A stretch of 64,000 nt of DNA from Candidatus Marinacidobacterales bacterium. GTDB taxonomy: Bacteria > Acidobacteriota > Vicinamibacteria > Marinacidobacterales > SMYC01. The stretch spans positions 1,344,001-1,408,000 of the forward strand of contig CBDCYI010000011.1 in NCBI GenBank assembly GCA_965224085.1. The letters run 5' to 3'. The translations under genes and the position numbers were made by a program. Shown here in pieces: positions 9,255 through 19,198 of the stretch. Position 1 is the first letter of the stretch. Every line of letters starts with the position of its first letter. The notes beneath the pieces were generated by a model. It made no database searches. It was not told where the DNA came from and saw nothing but the letters and a program-made list of their open reading frames with translations.

Positions 9255-11603
9255 GTGAACAAATACGTCTGCGTTCACGGGCATTTTTACCAGCCGCCGC
9301 GGGAAAACCCATGGCTCGAGGCGATCGAGCCGCAGGACTCGGCCGCGCCTTACCACGACTGGAACGCGCGCATCAGCGCCGAGTGCTACGAGCCGAACAC
9401 CGCTTCGCGCATCCTCGACGACGAAGATTGGATCGTCTCGATCGTAAACAACTACAGCCGGATCAGCTTCAACTTCGGTCCGACGCTTCTTTCGTGGATG
9501 GAGCACAAAAACCCTTCCGTCTACCGCGCCATCTTGTCGGCCGATCGCGAGAGCCGCGCGCGGTTCGGAGGCCACGGCTCGGCCCTCGCGCAAGCGTATA
9601 ACCACGTCATCCTGCCGCTCGCGAACGACGAGGACAAAGCGCTCCAAGTCCTCTGGGGCTTGCGAGATTTCGAGCATCGTTTCGGCCGGAAGCCGGAGGG
9701 GATGTGGCTACCTGAGACCGCCGTGGACCTCGGCACGCTCGAAGCGCTAGCGGCACACGATATCCGGTTCACCGTGCTTGCTCCGTCTCAAGCCGCGCGC
9801 ATCCGCCCCATGGGCGCCGCCGGGTGGACAGACGTTTCCGACGCACGTATCGATCCTTCACAGGCTTACGTTCAGCGGCTGCCGTCCGGAAAAAGCATAG
9901 CGCTGTTCTTCTATGACGGTGTTTTGTCACGCGGCGTGGCTTTCGAAGGACTGTTGCATCGCGGCGGGCTCTTCGCGGCACGCCTGGCCGGCGCCGTGCC
10001 GGACGATCGCCCGCGTCTGTCGCACATCGCGACCGACGGCGAGAGTTACGGCCATCACCATCCGCATGGCGACATGGCACTCGCCTATGCGCTCCACGCG
10101 ATCGAATCGCGCGGGATGGCCGAGCTCACCAACTACGGCGCGTTTCTCGAGCGCTTCCCTCCCGAACACGAGGTTGAAGTATTCGACAACACCGCTTGGA
10201 GCTGCGCCCACGGCATCGAGCGTTGGCGGAGCGATTGCGGCTGTCACACCGGCGGGCCAGGCGGCTTCAACCAGAGCTGGCGCGGCCCGCTGCGCGCGGC
10301 GCTCGACCAGCTTCGCGTGCGCGCGCTAGCGGTTTGGGAGGCCGAAGCGTCAGGGCTATTCCGCGAGCCGTCCGAAGCCCTCGACCACTACATCGACGTC
10401 ATCCTGGACCGCTCCCGGCGAACGGTTGACGACTTCGTCGCGACGCATGTCAGCCAAGAGAATCGCGTACCCGCGCTCAAGCTTCTCGAGATGCGTCGCC
10501 AGTTGCAGCTGATGTATACGAGCTGCGGCTGGTTCTTCAGCGATCTCGCCGGCATCGAGACGGTGCAAATCCTGCAATATGCGGGACGCGCCGTCCAGCT
10601 CGCCGAGGATCTCTCGCAAAACGCCACGATCGAGGACGACTTTCTCGGAGCCCTCGAAAAAGCGCGCAGCAACCGCGCGGACGCCGGCAGCGGCCGCGAC
10701 ATCTACGAGAAAAGCGTCAAGCCTTCCAAAGTCACTTGGGAGATGCTCGGCGCACACTACGCGATCAGCTCCGTGTTCGAAGGGTACCCAGACACGACCC
10801 GTCTTTACTGCTACGACATCGAGCGCGAGCAGTTCGAGACCTTCGAGATCGGTCAGCGCAAGCTCGGCATCGGCTGCGCCCGGCTCACTTCCACGATCAC
10901 AGGTTCTTCGGAGCGATTGAGCTTTGCTGTCTTGCACGAGGGCAATCACGAGATCACGGCGGAAGTGCGACGCGGCCGTCACGGCTTTGAAGCGCTCAAG
11001 AAAGCGTTTCATGACAATGGTACGCTCGACCGTTATTTCGGCGACCAAACGTTCGGATTGAGCTCGTTGTTCGGCGACGAGCAGCGCCGCATTGTCGACG
11101 TTCTCACCCGATCGGGGCTGAAGGACGCGGAGGCGACGCATCGAAGTTTTTTCGCGCACCACCAAAAGACGATGAGATTTCTCGCCGAGCTCGGTGTCCC
11201 CCCGCCGAAAGCACTGTCCGTCGCCGCCGAGGTCGTCTTGAACGGGAACCTCCGCCGCGCGCTCGTGCACGAGCCCATCGACGCGGAGACCGTCTCTGAC
11301 CTGTTGAGAAACGCTATCGCGGAAGGTGTACCCCTGGATGAAGCTTCACTCGTCTACGCGGCACGAGAGAGTCTCCATGCCAAAGCGGAGAGCTTTTTTG
11401 AGTCGCCCGAAAACCTCGACCGCCTCGAAGAGCTCCGGCGAAGCGTGGCGGTGATGCTGTCGCTTCCGTTCGAAGTCGATCTGCGGAAGGTGCAGAACCT
11501 CTATTTCCGCTTCTTGTCGGAGAGCGCAGCGGGGTCGAGCGCGTTTCAAGAGTCCTTTCGCACGCTCGGCGAGCAGCTCTCGATCCGGCACCCACGTCCG
11601 TAA
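9255..11603 (+). CDS. Glycoside hydrolase family 57 / DUF3536 protein
   Basis: HGHFYQPPRENPW, GMWLPETAVD, ATDGESYGHH, WSCAHGIERW, MYTSCGWFF; located in the glycogen cluster. Confidence 0.9.
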   Translation: MNKYVCVHGHFYQPPRENPWLEAIEPQDSAAPYHDWNARISAECYEPNTASRILDDEDWIVSIVNNYSRISFNFGPTLLSWMEHKNPSVYRAILSADRESRARFGGHGSALAQAYNHVILPLANDEDKALQVLWGLRDFEHRFGRKPEGMWLPETAVDLGTLEALAAHDIRFTVLAPSQAARIRPMGAAGWTDVSDARIDPSQAYVQRLPSGKSIALFFYDGVLSRGVAFEGLLHRGGLFAARLAGAVPDDRPRLSHIATDGESYGHHHPHGDMALAYALHAIESRGMAELTNYGAFLERFPPEHEVEVFDNTAWSCAHGIERWRSDCGCHTGGPGGFNQSWRGPLRAALDQLRVRALAVWEAEASGLFREPSEALDHYIDVILDRSRRTVDDFVATHVSQENRVPALKLLEMRRQLQLMYTSCGWFFSDLAGIETVQILQYAGRAVQLAEDLSQNATIEDDFLGALEKARSNRADAGSGRDIYEKSVKPSKVTWEMLGAHYAISSVFEGYPDTTRLYCYDIEREQFETFEIGQRKLGIGCARLTSTITGSSERLSFAVLHEGNHEITAEVRRGRHGFEALKKAFHDNGTLDRYFGDQTFGLSSLFGDEQRRIVDVLTRSGLKDAEATHRSFFAHHQKTMRFLAELGVPPPKALSVAAEVVLNGNLRRALVHEPIDAETVSDLLRNAIAEGVPLDEASLVYAARESLHAKAESFFESPENLDRLEELRRSVAVMLSLPFEVDLRKVQNLYFRFLSESAAGSSAFQESFRTLGEQLSIRHPRP

Positions 11604-11608
11604 CGCTC

Positions 11609-13414
11609 ATGGTGACGCATGCTCTCCGAAAGCTTGCCCGGAGCTACGGCGTCCAGACGAACTATCGCGACGTCGATGCGCGCCGCATCGAAGTCGAGCC
11701 CGACGTCCTCACCGCCGTGCTGCGAACGCTCGGCGCTTCGATCGAGCACGCCCAACATACTCAAGATGCAGACGACGCATTGCGGCGCAAACGGCGCACG
11801 TCATGCCAACGCATACTCGAGCCGGTCACCACAATATGGGATGGCGACGTCGGCGGCGTGCGCATGGTCCTGCCCGCCGAGCTGTCGTCAAAGACCTTCA
11901 AAGCGACGCTCTATCTCGAGGACGGCCAGGAGCGCGACTGGTCTCCGAGCGCCCGCACGCTCGTGCGCGCCCGCGAGGTCGATGGGACCCGCTATTTGTG
12001 GACACGGCTTCCTCTTCCCTCGCTTCCCTACGGCTACCATCGACTACATGTCTCGATGGGGTCCATCGACACAGAAACTTTTCTCCTTCGCGCGCCGACG
12101 CGTGCCTATCTAGATCCCGCGCGCGGAAAACGGTGGGGGCTCTTTGCGCCGCTCTACGCGCTCCACAGCAACCACTCCGCGGGCATTGGTAACTTCGGTG
12201 ACCTCCGGCGCTTCGCGGAGCTGACGCTCGCGCATGGCGGCGCGTTCGTCGCCACGCTGCCGTTGCTCGCGTCCCATCCCGACGAGCCGAGCCCCTACGC
12301 GCCGGTGAGCCGCCTCTTCTGGAACGAGCTCTACGTCGATGCCGGTACGGCGGCTCCCAAGACGCCGAGCAAGCTCCTCGACTACCCCGAGCTCCATGCC
12401 GCGACGCGTCGCACGATGGGAGACGATGGGAGGCGCGCGAGTGACGTCGCGGCTTTCCAAGCACGATTTCCGCTAGCGCTCGACTATGCTCGGTTCCGCG
12501 CGGCCGCGGAAGCGCACGGCACCAACTGGACGCACTGGCCGGACAAGCTCCGCGACGGGCTCATTGAGGAAGCCGAAGCCGGCGTCGACGACGACGCCGT
12601 TCGCTATCATCTTTATAGCCAAATGCTCGCCGAAGAGCAGCTCGCCCAGATCGCGGCCGGAAACGCCCAGCTCTGCTTCGACTTACCGCTTGGCGTCCAC
12701 CGCTTCGGCTACGACACGTGGCGTGAGCAAACGCTCTTTGCCCACGATATCGACGTCGGAGCGCCCCCCGACGCCGCCTTTCCGGACGGCCAGAATTGGA
12801 ACTTCCCTCCCGTTCTGCCCGAAAAAAGCCGTGCGCAAAACCACCGGCACGTCCGCCTCGTTTATCGGCACGCGATGCGTCACGCCGACATCCTCCGCAT
12901 CGACCACGTCATGGGACTTCACCGCCAGTTCTGGATCCCGCGCGGTGCAGGCGTCGCCGACGGCGTCTATGTCCGTTATCCGGCTGAGGAGCTCTACGCA
13001 ATACTCAGCATCGAATCCCATCGCGCGCGCTCGGAGCTCGTCGGCGAGAATCTAGGTCTCGTCCCGAACGTGGTCACCGAGTGTCTCGCCCGTCACGGCT
13101 TCCGCGGGCTCTACGTGGCGCAGCTAACACCCGACGCGCCGATCCCGCCGGGCTCGGTGGCGAGCTTGAACACGCACGATACCGCTCTTTTCGCAACGAC
13201 TGGAGACGATCTCGAGACTGCGCTCGAAAAGCTCCTGAAGAGCGAAGCGGATCTCGTCAGCGTGACGGTCGAAGATCTTTGGCACGAAACCCGTCGGCAA
13301 AACGTCCCGGGCACCAAGGACGAACACCCGAACTGGCGGCGCCCGCTAAGCCACACACTCGAGGAGATCGAAGCCCAGCTCGGAGCAACCCTCGATCGTC
13401 TGACTCGCGACTGA
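11609..13414 (+). CDS. malQ: 4-alpha-glucanotransferase (amylomaltase, GH77)
   Basis: GIGNFGDL, PSPYAPVSR, DLPLGV, GAPPD..F..GQNW, LRIDHVMG, GENLG, NVPGT....NW. Confidence 0.92.
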   Translation: MVTHALRKLARSYGVQTNYRDVDARRIEVEPDVLTAVLRTLGASIEHAQHTQDADDALRRKRRTSCQRILEPVTTIWDGDVGGVRMVLPAELSSKTFKATLYLEDGQERDWSPSARTLVRAREVDGTRYLWTRLPLPSLPYGYHRLHVSMGSIDTETFLLRAPTRAYLDPARGKRWGLFAPLYALHSNHSAGIGNFGDLRRFAELTLAHGGAFVATLPLLASHPDEPSPYAPVSRLFWNELYVDAGTAAPKTPSKLLDYPELHAATRRTMGDDGRRASDVAAFQARFPLALDYARFRAAAEAHGTNWTHWPDKLRDGLIEEAEAGVDDDAVRYHLYSQMLAEEQLAQIAAGNAQLCFDLPLGVHRFGYDTWREQTLFAHDIDVGAPPDAAFPDGQNWNFPPVLPEKSRAQNHRHVRLVYRHAMRHADILRIDHVMGLHRQFWIPRGAGVADGVYVRYPAEELYAILSIESHRARSELVGENLGLVPNVVTECLARHGFRGLYVAQLTPDAPIPPGSVASLNTHDTALFATTGDDLETALEKLLKSEADLVSVTVEDLWHETRRQNVPGTKDEHPNWRRPLSHTLEEIEAQLGATLDRLTRD

Positions 13415-13418
13415 GACG

Positions 13419-13796
13419 CTAGTCGATCGTCGCGATCGCTTCGATCTCGATTTGAAAGCCGTGGTGAAGTTCCTTTACTGGCACGGCCGCGCGCGCAGGT
13501 CGAAACAAGCTGAAGAACCCCGCGTAAACGTCGTTCACGCTGTCCCACAAATCGATGTCCGAGACATAGACGGTTGTCTTCAAGATCCTCGACTTGTCTG
13601 AGCCGGCCGCCTCGACCACGGCCAATACGTTCTCGAGCACTTGTTGGGTTTGCTCTTCGATCGAGCCCTTAATCTTTTCTCCCGTCTCGGGTACGATTGG
13701 AAGCTGGCCGGACACGAAGAGGAAGCCGCCTTGCGACACGCCTTGGGCGTAGTGTCCCCCCGGCTTCGGAGCTTTGTTGGTCTCGATGCGTCTCAC
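13419..13796 (-). CDS. RidA / YjgF family enamine-imine deaminase
   Basis: APKPGGHYAQG, FVSGQLP, PARAAVPV..L, IEIEAIA. Confidence 0.9.
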   Translation of the reverse strand: MRRIETNKAPKPGGHYAQGVSQGGFLFVSGQLPIVPETGEKIKGSIEEQTQQVLENVLAVVEAAGSDKSRILKTTVYVSDIDLWDSVNDVYAGFFSLFRPARAAVPVKELHHGFQIEIEAIATID

Positions 13797-15496
13797 TCCG
13801 CTCCTCTCGTCGGCGCCGACTTCGGGGAATAGTCGAGCTTTTTACCGTCCACCGTGAGCTCGGGGCCATGGGGCCGTGCGAGACGTCCGCCGGGGCCGAA
13901 GGCCACGACCGAGGAAGCGAGCTTGTCGTTCGAGCGCTTCTTCCCAACGGCGCGTGGCTCGTCGCCATAGAAGCTGTCCACGTGGATCGTTTGCGTGGGG
14001 AAAGCGAACTCGACGCCAACCTCGTCCGCAAGCCGAAGAATTTCGAGAAAAAAGTTGTGTTTTTCGCGAAGTTCTTCGGTCCAGTTTTGAACGTCGAGAA
14101 AGCAATAGACCATCACGTTCAGCGAAGAATCACCGAAGCCGTTGAAGTGGATCTCGTGGAAGTCCTGGCGCATGTACCCATTCGCTTGAATGGCCGCGCG
14201 AATACCTTCGACGAAAGCCTGCATCTGCTCCGCCGTCGTACTGTAAGTGAGGCCGATCACTTCCTTGATGCGACGGTAGCGCCGCATGCCCATGTTGTCG
14301 ACATCGGTGTTGGCGAGCTTCGAGTTGGGGATGCTCACGACGGAGTTATAGAACGTCCGGACGCGTGTCGAGCGGAAGCCGACTTCTTCGACGGTGCCTT
14401 CGACGTTTCCCATCACGATCCAATCTCCGATTCGAAACGGCTTGTCGGCGAAGATCGTGACCGAGCCGAAGAGGTTCGCGAGCGTATCTTGAGCGGCGAG
14501 CGCAACAGCGACGCCGCCAATCCCGAGCCCCGCGAGGATAGAGCTCACCGAATAGCCGAAGCTCTGTACGAGGACGAGGGCGCCGATGGTGAACGCGAAA
14601 ACTTTGAGCGACTTTCGCAACATCGGAACGAGCTGATCGTCGAGCTTGGTCTCGGTCCGGGCAGTGATACGGAGCAAGTGATCGCAGAGAAAGTCGACGA
14701 TTTTGAACGAAAGCCAGAGAAGGCTAGTCGCCACCATCAAGTCGAGGACGAACTTGATGGCCGCGTTCATGCGTACGGGAAGCTGCAAATCCGCGTAGAA
14801 AGCCAGGAGAATAAGAGTGAAGACGAGAAAAGCGAGCGGCCGGACCGATTGCAAGACGATGTTCTCGTCCCAGGTCGGCGGTGTGTGCTTCTCGAGCCAT
14901 TTTGCGATCTTGCGAAGAAAGAACTCGGAAATTTTGCGGATGACGAACGCGAAGAGCAGAAGAAGAAAAACGCCCACCAATTGCCAAAGCGCCATGCCGA
15001 GAATTCGCGTCTGGAAGATTGCGGGCAGGTTGCCGATCAGATATTGCGCGGACGCACTGAACGATCGTGCATAGAGAGCGGGCGTGGCCGACAAGGTCTC
15101 GCGCGAGAAGAGCCAGCGCTCATCGACCTTGATGAGATAGACCCCAGGCAGACGTACGGGGAACAACCCGTACCGGCTCCGGCCGCTCGACTCGTCGACA
15201 TAGTCCGGATCGGACGGGATGTCTTCCACCCGAACGATGAGTCCACGAGCATCGAGCACGGCCTTCAGCTGGCGCGCGAGCTCTCGACGGCGCTCGGCAG
15301 AGTGGTTCGGGTTGATGGCCATGCCCTCGGCAGCGATATCCATTTCGATGGTGGGCGGGTTCTGCCAGGCCAGGAAGTTTTGGATGACCGATTGCGGGTT
15401 AGCGAGCCGTTCGGCAGCACCGTCACTTTGGCCGGAAGCGACAGCCGCTAGACACAAAGCCGCGGCAAAAGTCAGGAACAATACGCGTGGTCGCAT
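13793..15496 (-). CDS. MscS family mechanosensitive channel with periplasmic N-terminal extension
   Basis: Signal peptide; GLGIGGVAVALAAQDTLANLFG, PFRIGDWI, GTVEEVGFRSTRVRT, EFAFPTQT. Confidence 0.93.
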   Translation of the reverse strand: MRPRVLFLTFAAALCLAAVASGQSDGAAERLANPQSVIQNFLAWQNPPTIEMDIAAEGMAINPNHSAERRRELARQLKAVLDARGLIVRVEDIPSDPDYVDESSGRSRYGLFPVRLPGVYLIKVDERWLFSRETLSATPALYARSFSASAQYLIGNLPAIFQTRILGMALWQLVGVFLLLLFAFVIRKISEFFLRKIAKWLEKHTPPTWDENIVLQSVRPLAFLVFTLILLAFYADLQLPVRMNAAIKFVLDLMVATSLLWLSFKIVDFLCDHLLRITARTETKLDDQLVPMLRKSLKVFAFTIGALVLVQSFGYSVSSILAGLGIGGVAVALAAQDTLANLFGSVTIFADKPFRIGDWIVMGNVEGTVEEVGFRSTRVRTFYNSVVSIPNSKLANTDVDNMGMRRYRRIKEVIGLTYSTTAEQMQAFVEGIRAAIQANGYMRQDFHEIHFNGFGDSSLNVMVYCFLDVQNWTEELREKHNFFLEILRLADEVGVEFAFPTQTIHVDSFYGDEPRAVGKKRSNDKLASSVVAFGPGGRLARPHGPELTVDGKKLDYSPKSAPTRGAE

Positions 15497-15521
15497 GTTT
15501 CTCCTCTCCTAGAGGCCTGTA

Positions 15522-16967
15522 TTATGTGCGATCCGACCGGCGCCACAACGAAGCGAAGAGACAGAGCGCCGCGACGACCCAAATCGCGACCGAAAGACGA
15601 CTCGAAAACAGGATCTCCCAGCCGCCACCACTGATGGCCATGGCTCTGCGAAGACTCTTCTCCATCAATCCTCCGAGCACGAAACCGAGCACGACCGGCG
15701 CGAGCGGAAAACCGCCTTTGCGAAGCGCGTAGCCCACGATGCCGAAAAGCCCCATGAGCCCGATGTCGAAACTGCTTCGATTTACGGCGTAGACCGCGAC
15801 GACGCTCAGCACGACGATCATCGGTTGGAGAAACCAGCGCGGGACGGACAAAATGCGGATGAAGACGCCGACGAGTGGCAAGTTGAGCGCGAGTAGAACG
15901 ACGTTACCGATGATCATCGAGCCGACGAGCGCCCAGAACACGTCGGGATGGTGGGTCAAGAATAGTGGGCCGGGACGCACCCCAATCGCGAGGAGCGCGC
16001 CGAGGAGCACCGCTGTCGTCCCGCTCCCGGGAACGCCGAGCGTCAGAAGCGGGATCATCGCCCCTGTGCTCGCGGCGTTGTTCGCCGCTTCGGGCGCCGC
16101 AACGCCTTTGAGCCCGAGGGGCCGATTGTTATTGAGGCGCTTCTCCGCCGCATAAGCAGCAAAGCTCGCTATCGTGCCGCCGGCTCCGGGTAAAACGCCA
16201 ACCAAGAAACCGAGGATCGTGCCGCGCAACATCGTGCCCTTGGCCGTGAACCATTCTGTCAGCTTGGCCCGGTGCACATTTACCGGCCTCTGTTTCTCGT
16301 CCGGGCTCTCGAGAGCGAGCAGCACTTCGCTCATCGCGAACAGGCCAATCGTGAGCACAACGAAGTCGATCCCGTCGAGAAGACGCAGCTCCCCGAAAGT
16401 GTAGCGCGCGACGGCGCTGTTCGGGTCGAAGCCCACCGTCGCGAGTGCCAGACCGAGCAAAGTCGCCACCGCACCTTTCAAAACGCTCGCGCCCGAAAGC
16501 GAGGAAAGGACCGAGAGTGCTAAAACCATCAGAGAAAAATATTCCGCGGGGCCGAAGCGGAGCGCCCATGAACAGAGCAGTGGCGCGAACAAAGCCAGGC
16601 CGAGAATCGATAGCGTCCCGCCGAAGAAAGACGCGACCGCCGACATCGCGAGCGCGCTCCCTCCTTCACCTCTTTGCGTCAGAGCATAGCCGTCGATCGC
16701 CGTCACCGTCGCCGATGCCGTGCCCGGCACATTGAGCAGGATTGTGCTGATCGAGTTTCCGTATTGCGAGCCGTAATAAATCGCGGTGAGCACGATGAGA
16801 ATCGATTCGGGCGGCAAGTCGAGTGCGAGTGCTAAGGGTATGAGAATGGCGATGGCATTGATGGGGCCGATACCGGGAAGCATTCCGACGCTCGTGCCGA
16901 CGAACGCGCCGAACGTCGCGAGAGCAACGTTCAGCGGCTTCAGCGCAAGCGCAAGACCCTCCCCCAT
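15522..16967 (-). CDS. tctA: Tripartite tricarboxylate transporter permease TctA
   Basis: GMLPGIGP, IYYGSQYG, NVPGT, APEAANNA, IPLLTLGVPGS; TGATG overlap with tctB. Confidence 0.93.
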   Translation of the reverse strand: MGEGLALALKPLNVALATFGAFVGTSVGMLPGIGPINAIAILIPLALALDLPPESILIVLTAIYYGSQYGNSISTILLNVPGTASATVTAIDGYALTQRGEGGSALAMSAVASFFGGTLSILGLALFAPLLCSWALRFGPAEYFSLMVLALSVLSSLSGASVLKGAVATLLGLALATVGFDPNSAVARYTFGELRLLDGIDFVVLTIGLFAMSEVLLALESPDEKQRPVNVHRAKLTEWFTAKGTMLRGTILGFLVGVLPGAGGTIASFAAYAAEKRLNNNRPLGLKGVAAPEAANNAASTGAMIPLLTLGVPGSGTTAVLLGALLAIGVRPGPLFLTHHPDVFWALVGSMIIGNVVLLALNLPLVGVFIRILSVPRWFLQPMIVVLSVVAVYAVNRSSFDIGLMGLFGIVGYALRKGGFPLAPVVLGFVLGGLMEKSLRRAMAISGGGWEILFSSRLSVAIWVVAALCLFASLWRRSDRT

Positions 16968-17377
16968 CAAAAGCCCCGCGGGAGTGGAATCGAGAGGACG
17001 TACACGAACAGCACGAAGATGGAAAGGCTCAGCAGAAAGCTCAGGACGACGCCGCGGCGAATCGGTCCAAAGAAGAGAGCGACCACAGCGCTCGAGAGCA
17101 TCGTCGTCGCAACTACAAAACCCAAACGATCCACCACGACGACATAAACGAAAAGCCCGGCGACAAGAGCGACGTGGCGCCATGACACAGGCGGCAGCCC
17201 ACCCGAAGGCTGCTTTGCCGAGAGCGCCACGCTCGTCGCCAACAACAGCGTGCCGATCGCGTACGGAAAAGCGCTCGGTCCGATAGGGTCCGCGATGAAG
17301 CCGGCCTCGAATCCGCGCGCAAGCCACACATAGCCGAGCGCCCCAACGAAGACAAGCCCCGCGACGAGCCTGTCCAT
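16967..17377 (-). CDS. tctB: Tripartite tricarboxylate transporter small subunit TctB
   Basis: MDRLVAGLVF, IGPSAFP, four TM segments, C-terminal LSIPLPRG. Confidence 0.85.
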   Translation of the reverse strand: MDRLVAGLVFVGALGYVWLARGFEAGFIADPIGPSAFPYAIGTLLLATSVALSAKQPSGGLPPVSWRHVALVAGLFVYVVVVDRLGFVVATTMLSSAVVALFFGPIRRGVVLSFLLSLSIFVLFVYVLSIPLPRGF

Positions 17378-18315
17378 CACGGCACGAGCCCGAGCGCGGC
17401 CGTGAGCACTTCGAAGCTCGCGACTTGCTCGTCGACGAACGCTTCGAACGCCTCGCCCGCAAGGAAGAACTCCGAGAGTCCGGTGCGTGCGCGCAGCGCT
17501 TCCCACTCCGGTGAAGCTGCTACGCTTTCGAGCACCTCTACCCAGTGATCGTAGCGCGCCTCGTCGATCCCGGTGGGCGCGTAAAAACCGCGCCACACGA
17601 TCCAACTGACGTCGTAGCCGAGCTCGCGTGCCGTGGGAATGCCGTCCAAAGCGTCGAGCCGGTCGGGAGAAAGCGCCGCAAGCACACGCACCTCGGAAGC
17701 TTCGAAAAGACTCAGGATTTCCGAGACATCGAGGGGCACAACCGACACGAAGCCGCCGAGAAGTGCCGTGACCGCTTCGCCCCCTCCATCGAACGGTACG
17801 TAGCGGATCGCCCTTGGATCGATGCCGGCCTCGCGCGCGAGCACGAGAAGCTTCATGTGATCTTGTCCGCCAACCGGGCTCCCGCCCGCGGCAACGATCT
17901 CGGACGGCGCCCGACGCCACGCATCGAGGAGTTCCTCGAAACTCCTCCACGGCGCGTCGCGACCGACGGCGATGACACCGTAGTCCGCCGCGACCGCGGC
18001 AAGCCAACGCACGTCTTCAGCTTGGAAGGCGCCGAACTGTCCTTGCGCAAGGCGAAGCGTCGTCGCGGGGCTCGCTGCGACGATGAGGTTCGGATCGCCC
18101 TCACGCTCCGCCACGACGTGGGCAAAGGCGATGCCACCGCCGGCACCCGGGACATTCCGCACACGCATCGATGTGCCGTCGAGAACTTGTGCTACGGCGC
18201 GACAGGTGAGATCCCATCCGCCACCCGGGTTCGCGGGCGCGAGACATTCGGGACCCGGCTCGACACAGCTACCTGAGATCAGTGCGAGACACGCGATAGC
18301 CATGAGCCTCGCCAC
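17377..18315 (-). CDS. tctC: Tripartite tricarboxylate transporter substrate-binding protein TctC (Bug family)
   Basis: ECLAPANPGGGWDLTCR, NVPGAGGG, YVPFDGGGEA, WRGFYAP; start could also be 18303. Confidence 0.9.
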   Translation of the reverse strand: MARLMAIACLALISGSCVEPGPECLAPANPGGGWDLTCRAVAQVLDGTSMRVRNVPGAGGGIAFAHVVAEREGDPNLIVAASPATTLRLAQGQFGAFQAEDVRWLAAVAADYGVIAVGRDAPWRSFEELLDAWRRAPSEIVAAGGSPVGGQDHMKLLVLAREAGIDPRAIRYVPFDGGGEAVTALLGGFVSVVPLDVSEILSLFEASEVRVLAALSPDRLDALDGIPTARELGYDVSWIVWRGFYAPTGIDEARYDHWVEVLESVAASPEWEALRARTGLSEFFLAGEAFEAFVDEQVASFEVLTAALGLVP

Positions 18316-18320
18316 GAAAC

Positions 18321-18716
18321 TCACTTTTTCGCGGGCAACGGTCGTCTGTCTTCGGCGAGCGCCGCGACCAGCTTCTTGGGCGCCACTGCCCGATAACTCT
18401 CCTCGACCCATTCGCAAAGCATGTCCTTGGGAGGTTTCTCTTGCGGATCGAACCGGGCCGTGACCCAGCCGCTCTTGCCGAGACCGTAGCCCGTCGACTC
18501 GGTAAACGGCAGCATCAGCGCGATGATCTGGGATTCTGGGAGCTTGACGGATAGCGACAGCCCACCGTCACCGAGTCCCATGAAAACGAATACTTTTTTG
18601 CGGACCTTGATGACACGCTCGCCCCACGGGAAGTCTTCATGCGTCTCGGGAAAGCCGAGCGCGAAGCCGCGAAGCGCCGCTTCAACTCTTTGTGCCGGGC
18701 TCGTTCGTTTTGCCAC
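18321..18716 (-). CDS. MmcQ/YjbR family DNA-binding protein
   Basis: PETHEDFPWG, KVRKKVF, GYGLGKSGWV, EESYRAVAPKK. Confidence 0.88.
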   Translation of the reverse strand: MAKRTSPAQRVEAALRGFALGFPETHEDFPWGERVIKVRKKVFVFMGLGDGGLSLSVKLPESQIIALMLPFTESTGYGLGKSGWVTARFDPQEKPPKDMLCEWVEESYRAVAPKKLVAALAEDRRPLPAKK

Positions 18717-18846
18717 GCGTCATAGTACAAGACGAGGCGAAACCGGCGCAGCACGCTCCCGCGGACAGGCTTTCTCATGGCTCGCCGTCGTGCGAAAATA
18801 GGCGAGGTTCGAGAGCACGATCTTCGCCGTCACTTGCGACACCGAT

Positions 18847-18923
18847 GCGCCTGTAGCTCAGTAGGATAGAGCGACGGATTCCTAATCCGTAGGTCGCAGG
18901 TTCAAGTCCTGCCAGGCGTACCA
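18847..18923 (+). tRNA. tRNA-Arg (anticodon CCT)
   Basis: Cloverleaf gcgcctg..caggcgt, D-loop tagctcagtaggataga, anticodon loop ttcctaa, T-loop gttcaag, encoded CCA. Confidence 0.96.
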
Positions 18924-18983
18924 TTTACAGGCCTTGAAGAAGCGTGATGTGACGAATGGAATCCTCTCGTCCAATAGCGCCCC

Positions 18984-19043
18984 CTAGGCACGGTCGTCGC
19001 TGAGAATCCACTTGGCGTAGTGGTCGAGCGTCGTCGTTAAGCT
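18984..19043 (-). pseudogene. Probable tyrosine integrase C-terminal remnant
   Basis: Minus-strand translation SLTTTLDHYAKWILSDDRA* resembles the box II/catalytic Tyr region; lies 60 bp beyond a tRNA 3' end. Confidence 0.5.
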
Positions 19044-19198
19044 CGAACAAGACGCCGTGATACTATCAGCCCGCAGCGGTAAGGAAGCGCTCTCGACGTT
19101 CGCTTCCATTGGGCGAATCTTTTCTTGGCTCGCTCTTCGACAGATTCGTCCGTCGCACTAGGGCGCAGAGCTTCGACGCGCCCGAAAACAAACTTCGC

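Noticed and set aside
13697-15451. 584-aa plus-strand ORF
   Set aside because: Antisense shadow of the MscS gene; expected in GC-rich DNA, no recognisable motifs
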